This document shows, piece after piece, positions 26,522 through 32,000 of a DNA stretch of 32,000 nucleotides. Location of the stretch: NCBI RefSeq assembly GCF_021300615.1, contig NZ_JAJTMY010000001.1:225095-257094 (forward strand). The letters run 5' to 3'. How positions within the stretch are numbered: position 1 is the first letter of the stretch; every line of letters starts with the position of its first letter. The translations under genes were made by a program, and so were the position numbers. This stretch comes from Helicobacter anatolicus (lineage in GTDB: Bacteria > Campylobacterota > Campylobacteria > Campylobacterales > Helicobacteraceae). Under the pieces are notes generated by a model. That model saw only the letters and a list, made by a program, of their open reading frames with translations, was not told the origin of the DNA and did no database searches.

Positions 26522-29089
26522 ATGAATATTTTTGAAAAATTAACAAATCAATTCAAGGGAATTTTAGATTCTGCTGCAGCATTAGCCATGCATCAAAAAA
26601 ATCAAGAAATTGACTTGATACATATTGCTTGGGCATTGCTCAATACTCCACAATCTATTTTGAATCAGGTTTTAGAAAAAATGCAAATTGATGCTAGACA
26701 AATAGAACCTTATGTAAAAACCCTTGCAGAAAAATTGCCTAAAACTTCAAACATAGTAAAGGAAAATTTAAGTCTTAGTCTTTCTTTGCAAAATGCTTTA
26801 CAAAAATCTGAGGGTTTAGCGATTAAAAATGGAGATAAATTTATTGCGATTGATATTTTTATTCTTGCAAATTTAGAAGATTTTAAGGGGATTTTGGGAG
26901 AAAAAATTGATATTTTAGAATTGAAAAAAAATCTTCAGAATCTGCGTGCTGGAAGGAAGATTGAAGAGGAAAATGATGATGCAAAATTTGAAGCATTAGA
27001 AAAATTTGGCATTGATTTGACGCAAAAAGCGATGGATAATTTGCTAGATCCTGTGATTGGGAGAGATGAGGAAATTACAAGGATGATGCAAATTCTTATT
27101 AGAAAAACTAAAAATAATCCTATTTTGCTTGGTGAGCCTGGAGTAGGTAAAACTGCAATTGTAGAAGGATTGGCACAACAGATTGTAAAAAAAGAAGTCC
27201 CACTTTCTTTACAAAATAAAAGAGTAATTGTGCTAGATATGAGTACTTTGGTGGCAGGAGCAAAATATCGAGGGGAGTTTGAAGAGAGGTTAAAAAACAT
27301 TGTTGATGAAGTAAAAAAAGCAGGAAATATTATTTTATTTATTGATGAGATACATACTATTGTAGGCGCTGGTGCAAGCGAAGGAGGAATGGATGCGGCA
27401 AATATTTTAAAACCCGCTTTGGCAAGAGGGGAATTGCATACTATTGGTGCGACTACTTTAAAAGAATATAGAAAATATTTTGAAAAAGATGCAGCATTAA
27501 CAAGGAGATTCCAGCCGATAAATTTAAATGAACCTAGTATTAATGAAGCATTACAGATACTAAGAGGAATTAAAGAAAAATTAGAAGCACATCATAATGT
27601 AAGCATTACAGATTCTGCTTTGGTGAGTGCAGTAAAGCTTTCTCATCGCTATATTACAGATAGATTTTTGCCTGATAAAGCAATAGATTTGATTGATGAG
27701 GGGGCAGCGGAGTTGAAAATGCAAATAGAATCTGAACCTAGTGCCTTGCGAAATATAAAAAGAGTGTTGCAACGCTTAGAGGTAGAAAAAGAAGCTTTAA
27801 ACATGGAAAATAAGAAAAGTAATCTTGAGCGCTTAGAAGAGATACAAAAAGAAATTGCAGACAATATAGAAAAGAAAAATGCCTTGCAAATGCAATTTGA
27901 TAATGAAAAAGCTGTTTTTAAAGAAATTGCACAAATTAAAAATGATATTGATTCTTTAAAAAGAGAATCTGAACTTGCAAAACGCAATGGAGATTACAAT
28001 AAAGCAGCAGAGATCGATTATTCTAAGATTCCGCAAAAAATCCAAAGAGAAGAAGAATTAAAAGAACGATGGGAGGTGATGCAAAAAAATGGGACACTTT
28101 TGCAAAATGCAGTCACTGAAGAAAGTATTGCTGAGATTGTATCGCGATGGACACAGATTCCTGTAAATAAGATGCTTCAAGAGGAAAAAGAAAAAATTTT
28201 ACATATTGAAGATGAGTTGAGAAAAAGTGTGGTAGGTCAAGATGAAGCATTAAAAGCTATTGCTCGGGCAATTAAGCGTAATAAAGCAGGATTAAGTGAA
28301 AATAATCGCCCGATAGGGAGTTTTATGTTTTTGGGTCCAACAGGCGTTGGAAAAACACAAAGTGCTAAAACACTTGCACAATTTTTATTTGATTCTCAAA
28401 AAAATCTCATTAGGATTGATATGAGTGAATATATGGAAAAACATGCTGCATCTAGGCTTGTGGGGGCACCTCCTGGATATGTGGGCTATGAGGAGGGAGG
28501 ACAACTCACTGAAGCTGTGAGAAGAAAACCTTATAGTGTGGTGCTTTTTGATGAGATTGAAAAAGCACATCCTGATGTGTTTAATATTTTGTTGCAGGTA
28601 CTTGATGATGGAAGATTGACGGATAACAAAGGTGTGGTAGTTGATTTTAGAAATACAATTATCATTTTGACAAGCAATATTGGTAGTGATAAGATTTTAG
28701 AGATAGCAGATAAACAAGAGAGACAAAAGGCAGTGGAAGCTATTTTGAAGCAATATTTTAAGCCAGAATTTTTAAATCGTTTAGATGATATTGTGATTTT
28801 CAATTCTCTGAATTTAGAGGGAATTGTTGAAATTGTAGATATTATGTTTGAAAGTATTAAGCAAAAAGTGAGTGAAAGGGGAATTGAAATTAGTCTTACA
28901 AAAGAAGCAAAAGAGTTGATTGCACAAGCTGGTTTTGACCCTATTTATGGTGCAAGACCACTTAAGAGAGCTTTGTATGAAAAAATTGAAGATTGTTTGG
29001 CAGAGTTGATTTTAGATGATAAAATTTGTGAGGGTAGTAAGGTAGTATTTGATGGTAAAGATGGTATAATCATGCCTTCAATCCAATAA
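26522..29089 (+). CDS. clpB: ATP-dependent disaggregase ClpB (class 1 AAA+ with two nucleotide-binding domains and a coiled-coil M-domain)
   Basis: Walker A motifs GEPGVGKT and [12 protein letters not shown] and FDEIEKAH Walker B motifs. The long coiled-coil between NBD1 and NBD2 distinguishes ClpB from ClpA. Start set at ATG 26522 (AAGGAG 8 nt upstream); the track ATG at 26489 lies inside the -10 box. Confidence 0.95.
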   Translation: MNIFEKLTNQFKGILDSAAALAMHQKNQEIDLIHIAWALLNTPQSILNQVLEKMQIDARQIEPYVKTLAEKLPKTSNIVKENLSLSLSLQNALQKSEGLAIKNGDKFIAIDIFILANLEDFKGILGEKIDILELKKNLQNLRAGRKIEEENDDAKFEALEKFGIDLTQKAMDNLLDPVIGRDEEITRMMQILIRKTKNNPILLGEPGVGKTAIVEGLAQQIVKKEVPLSLQNKRVIVLDMSTLVAGAKYRGEFEERLKNIVDEVKKAGNIILFIDEIHTIVGAGASEGGMDAANILKPALARGELHTIGATTLKEYRKYFEKDAALTRRFQPINLNEPSINEALQILRGIKEKLEAHHNVSITDSALVSAVKLSHRYITDRFLPDKAIDLIDEGAAELKMQIESEPSALRNIKRVLQRLEVEKEALNMENKKSNLERLEEIQKEIADNIEKKNALQMQFDNEKAVFKEIAQIKNDIDSLKRESELAKRNGDYNKAAEIDYSKIPQKIQREEELKERWEVMQKNGTLLQNAVTEESIAEIVSRWTQIPVNKMLQEEKEKILHIEDELRKSVVGQDEALKAIARAIKRNKAGLSENNRPIGSFMFLGPTGVGKTQSAKTLAQFLFDSQKNLIRIDMSEYMEKHAASRLVGAPPGYVGYEEGGQLTEAVRRKPYSVVLFDEIEKAHPDVFNILLQVLDDGRLTDNKGVVVDFRNTIIILTSNIGSDKILEIADKQERQKAVEAILKQYFKPEFLNRLDDIVIFNSLNLEGIVEIVDIMFESIKQKVSERGIEISLTKEAKELIAQAGFDPIYGARPLKRALYEKIEDCLAELILDDKICEGSKVVFDGKDGIIMPSIQ

Positions 29090-29115
29090 ATATAAGGAAA
29101 AAAATGTTTTTTACT

Positions 29116-29129
29116 CCCCCCCCCCCCCC
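29116..29129 (+). repeat. Homopolymeric C14 tract
   Basis: Counted directly: ttact-CCCCCCCCCCCCCC-ttact. It starts 27 nt after the clpB stop and ends 44 nt before the ATG at 29173. Confidence 0.95.
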
Positions 29130-29172
29130 TTACTATTTTGTAGATATAAATAGAAAAAGTGAGGGGTAGATA

Positions 29173-30060
29173 ATGGAATTTTTGAAATACTATTATGTGA
29201 TGTTTGTTGATTTTTTGAAGGCTTTAAGAAAAACGGCGATTTTACAGGAAAGCCGTTTTCTCTATAAATTGAATCGTAAAATTTGGATGACAGATTATAC
29301 TGCAATGCCAAAAGAAAATAATAAAATTATTATAAGTTTTACAACTCACAAAGATCGTATTTTTTATGTGCATTATATGTTAGATTCTTTGTTTTTTCAA
29401 ACAATACGACCGCAAGAAGTGCGTATGTATGTAGCACGGGGTGAATATAAAACTTTTCCTGATATTTTGAAGCGTTTTGAGCCTTGGTTAAAGATTATTG
29501 AGGTGGAGGATATTGGAAGTTTTAAAAAGTTTATTCCTATTTTAAAGGAAGTAGGAGAGAAGGATGATAAAGATTTTAGAATTATTAGTGTAGATGATGA
29601 TATTATCTATCCACCAAATTTTGTGGCAAGATTGCTTGATTTAAAAGAAAAAAATCCTTCTGCTATGGTGACTTTTATCGCTATAAGGGATAAAAAGACT
29701 GGTGAACCTGAGGGCGTGAATGGTACGGGGACTTTGTGGAATTTAGAAGTTTTTGACCCTAAGATACTCCCTTGCTTTTTTAAGAAGGAAAATTTTTGGG
29801 ATTCTATGCCTTTAAAAAATAATGATGATATGTGGGTTAGCATGTTTTGTAAGCAAAAAGGAGTGAAAATTTGTGCAGTGTGTGGTAGTTATTATGAGAG
29901 TTATCGTAGGGAGTATGTGCCACTACCGAGTGAAAAAATGCATGCACTAACTTCTGCACCTTCGGAGTTAAATATTGGTAAAACTAGCTTGAAGCCAAAA
30001 TATAAAAAACATGTAGAAGATTTGGTAAAAAAACTTCTAGAAGAAGAGAGTGGGGATTAA
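29173..30060 (+). CDS. Putative GT-A-type glycosyltransferase (DxD motif), likely surface polysaccharide/LOS modification
   Basis: 295 aa. KIIISFTTHKDRIFYVHYMLDSLFFQT resembles the N-terminal Rossmann-like strand and helix of several polysaccharide glycosyltransferases. ISVDDDIIYP provides a DxD. GAGGGG SD 6 nt upstream. Alternative internal starts at 29287 and 29305 lack an SD. Family not identified. Confidence 0.55.
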   Translation: MEFLKYYYVMFVDFLKALRKTAILQESRFLYKLNRKIWMTDYTAMPKENNKIIISFTTHKDRIFYVHYMLDSLFFQTIRPQEVRMYVARGEYKTFPDILKRFEPWLKIIEVEDIGSFKKFIPILKEVGEKDDKDFRIISVDDDIIYPPNFVARLLDLKEKNPSAMVTFIAIRDKKTGEPEGVNGTGTLWNLEVFDPKILPCFFKKENFWDSMPLKNNDDMWVSMFCKQKGVKICAVCGSYYESYRREYVPLPSEKMHALTSAPSELNIGKTSLKPKYKKHVEDLVKKLLEEESGD

Positions 30061-31205
30061 GAGGATTGGATTAACTCCTTAATCCATTTTAAAATTAATT
30101 TTTGATTTTGCGTGGTATTTAGAGTTTGTGCGGCGTTATGTGCAGAATTTTTGTAGCACATAATTTGTTTTTTTGTGAGAGTGTTTAGTGTTTCTGCAAG
30201 ACTTTTTGCCTGAAAATCTTTTGCACACATGCCAATATTATATTTTTTTATTAGAGGGGCTAGAGATGGCAGAGGTGTGGAGATGAGTGCTAATCTTGCT
30301 TGAATGTATTCAAAAAATTTATTAGGCATTGCATTGGCGTTATTAAAGGTATTTGGCGAGAGTGTGAGGATACCAATATCAAAAATATTAGTAAAGTTGA
30401 TGAGCTCTTGCATGGGGACTGGAGGAATAAAACTAACATTTTTTGGTGCCTTATCTTTTAGGCTTTGCAAATAATCTTTTTGATTGCTTAGTCCTAGGAT
30501 GTTAATGTGAAAATCTTCTTTGAGTTGTGATGCAATTTCAAGTAAAAAATCAGAATTGCGATCAGGGCTAAGGAATCCATGATAAATAATTTGAATTTTA
30601 TTATTAATTTGTGTAGGAGATAGATTGTGATAGGGGGGTAGAGAGTAGAAAATTTTACAATCAAGATAAAAATCTTGTTGATATTTTTTTGCAATACCTT
30701 CGCTTATGGTGATGGCAAAATCTACATAGGGTAAATAATTTTTGCAGATAAAGCTAAAAAACTCTCCAAAGCTTTCCATCCATTGAGGATTGTTTTCATA
30801 TTCTAAAGGATAAAATTCTCGCAAATCAATTAAAATCTTTGTTTTTGGGCAGTTTTTTTTATAATCAATTGCAAAAGGGAGTAGAGTAATATCTTCGACT
30901 ATAATCAAGCTTGCAGTAGGAATCTCTTTGAAAAAATCTAGGATTTTCATGCGATTTTTTGTGTAAATTAGAGGTATAAAATCTTTATTTTTTAGTTTTT
31001 TTATTAGTTCATCTTGTTCTTTTTTTGATCGATCTTTTGAGTTTTTTAAAGGAGGGTAGGCAAAGGTTTTAATTCCAGTAATTTCTTTACATTCCCTAGC
31101 GATAGCAAAAAGATTGTAATGATTTTTAAGCATTTCTAACATACGAAAAGGGCGTGGTCTTTGTGTGATATCAAAGTCATTTAATAAAATTATATTTTGT
31201 AGCAT
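30057..31205 (-). CDS. Putative GT-B-fold glycosyltransferase (GT1/GT4-like)
   Basis: Track ORF 30057-31322, trimmed to ATG 31205 (MLQNIILLNDFD...) with AGGAG upstream. The C-terminal half IIYHGFLSPDRN...PNKFFEYIQARLALIST resembles the nucleotide-sugar-binding domain and E-x7-E-type region of GT-B enzymes. Confidence 0.55.
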   Translation of the reverse strand: MLQNIILLNDFDITQRPRPFRMLEMLKNHYNLFAIARECKEITGIKTFAYPPLKNSKDRSKKEQDELIKKLKNKDFIPLIYTKNRMKILDFFKEIPTASLIIVEDITLLPFAIDYKKNCPKTKILIDLREFYPLEYENNPQWMESFGEFFSFICKNYLPYVDFAITISEGIAKKYQQDFYLDCKIFYSLPPYHNLSPTQINNKIQIIYHGFLSPDRNSDFLLEIASQLKEDFHINILGLSNQKDYLQSLKDKAPKNVSFIPPVPMQELINFTNIFDIGILTLSPNTFNNANAMPNKFFEYIQARLALISTPLPSLAPLIKKYNIGMCAKDFQAKSLAETLNTLTKKQIMCYKNSAHNAAQTLNTTQNQKLILKWIKELIQSS

Positions 31206-31891
31206 ATTTCTCCTTTTTTGATAGCTCCTGTGTATGGTAGGATACAAAAAGTTTTTTGATGATGATTTTTTGAAAGTGTGATAATAAAAGGTCTTGTAAG
31301 TGGGGTTGGAGTTTTTCCACAATAAGGTTTGCCTTGATTGTCAAAATAGATTCTTGCGGTTTTATTTTCTTTGCAAGAAAGTTGATGTGTGATAGCAAGA
31401 TTTACTCCATAACTTTCTTGCAAGCGGGTACTTGTTTCTGCATTATTTTTGCAAAAATCAGCAATGTTTGTGTTGTTATACCCGCTTATGCAGCGTAGAT
31501 TGTTTCCTTGGATTGCAATGAGATCACCTGCCATAGGGCGATTGTCATAATGTGTAGTTTGTGCGATTCTTGGGGTATCAAAATAAATGCTAAAACTATT
31601 TTTTGTATATGTGCCATTAAGATGAAATTGGATTTGCCAAAGCATAGGTTTTGTGATTAATATTTCTTGTGCGATGCTAGGAAACATATCTTTTAGCCAT
31701 TTGCTTTGTGATAGTGTAGTATAGATTGTGCTTTGTGTGAGGGCAAGATTTTTAGTATAGAGTATGTTTTGTAAAAGATATTGTGAGGCCCTATGGGTTT
31801 GGTTGTTTTGATAGGGTTTAGCAAGAGTAATACACAAAAGTAGCAAAGTGATTACAAAGACAAGTTCTATAATTCCAAAGGCTTTTTGCAT
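31190..31891 (-). CDS. Prepilin-type N-terminal cleavage/methylation-domain protein (pseudopilin)
   Basis: The N-terminus MQKAF-GIIELVFVITLLLL gives F(+1) and E(+5) followed by a hydrophobic helix, the class III signal of type IV pilins and T2SS/competence pseudopilins. 233 aa with several Cys in the C-terminal part. Confidence 0.7.
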   Translation of the reverse strand: MQKAFGIIELVFVITLLLLCITLAKPYQNNQTHRASQYLLQNILYTKNLALTQSTIYTTLSQSKWLKDMFPSIAQEILITKPMLWQIQFHLNGTYTKNSFSIYFDTPRIAQTTHYDNRPMAGDLIAIQGNNLRCISGYNNTNIADFCKNNAETSTRLQESYGVNLAITHQLSCKENKTARIYFDNQGKPYCGKTPTPLTRPFIITLSKNHHQKTFCILPYTGAIKKGEICYKI

Positions 31892-32000
31892 TAGTGATTT
31901 TTGATATTATATTTTTTGATAGCACGACCATTATAGGTGATAGTAATATCGGAATTGTTTGTTTTTGTGGGAAGTAGTTCTGGGGTATGACTTTTATATA
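31891..32000 (-). CDS. C-terminal end of an upstream gene (truncated by the window edge), unknown function
   Basis: The minus-strand frame is open from 32000 to the TAA (complement of 31891-31893), which overlaps the ATG of the pseudopilin gene (TAATG). Translated tail: ...YKSHTPELLPTKTNNSDITITYNGRAIKKYNIKNH. Confidence 0.35.
   Translation of the reverse strand, partial: YKSHTPELLPTKTNNSDITITYNGRAIKKYNIKNH

Noticed and set aside
29111-29311. 66-aa minus-strand ORF ending in ...SKGGGGE, which would place the homopolymer (as poly-G) inside a coding region
   Set aside because: It overlaps the 5' end and SD of the much better supported plus-strand glycosyltransferase gene. It has no SD and no homology features. 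It was therefore not used to explain the tract.
1-32000. CRISPR arrays, IS elements or transposases, prophage genes, toxin-antitoxin pairs, restriction-modification or other defence systems
   Set aside because: I scanned the ORF translations and intergenic regions. There are no repeat-spacer arrays, no transposase, integrase or recombinase motifs, no methyltransferase or nuclease signatures, and no terminal inverted repeats. The only repeats are the two homopolymers and a 12-nt x2 tandem.

Overview
AT-rich window, about one third G+C by eye. Gene content and protein sequences look Campylobacterota, most likely an enterohepatic Helicobacter; that assignment is inference from ClpB, HemL and Fdh resemblance and from gene order. 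Coding density is high and most of it is recognisable core metabolism.

Gene blocks, left to right:
- (1) A minus-strand operon at 390-7443 encodes a complete non-phosphorylative L-fucose pathway. It comprises a DapA-like aldolase, a split UxaA-type dehydratase, an SDR dehydrogenase, FucP, a lactonase fused to a RhaM-like mutarotase, and AldA. A truncated signal-peptide gene follows at 1-354.
- (2) A LysE-type exporter, a 442-bp divergent intergenic region, then hemL with two small membrane-protein genes.
- (3) A plus-strand respiratory formate dehydrogenase cluster at 10756-18424. It comprises a multi-cluster Fe-S protein, a TorD-like chaperone, a 66-aa Tat-signal protein, selenocysteine-containing FdhA (in-frame TGA at 13716-13718 with a SECIS-like hairpin), FdhB, FdhC and FdhD.
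- (4) A small accessory-looking block: an OMP-like gene behind a G10 tract, an Eis-like GNAT acetyltransferase, a YceI-like protein and tRNA-Ala(GGC).
- (5) A minus-strand run of plsC, an unknown membrane/SH3-like protein, purQ-purS-purC and an S41 C-terminal protease.
- (6) clpB behind a perfect TTGACA-17-TATAAT promoter.
- (7) A surface-structure block: a C14 tract with a polyproline mini-ORF in front of a putative glycosyltransferase, a convergent GT-B glycosyltransferase, and prepilin-type (pseudopilin) genes.

I saw no CRISPR array, IS element, integrase, prophage or recognisable defence system. The most interesting items:
- the two hypermutable homopolymer tracts with adjacent mini-ORFs
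- the fucose locus with its gene fusion
- the poorly characterised Fdh accessory proteins
- the pseudopilin-glycosyltransferase coupling

No clearly novel multi-gene system can be demonstrated from sequence alone.
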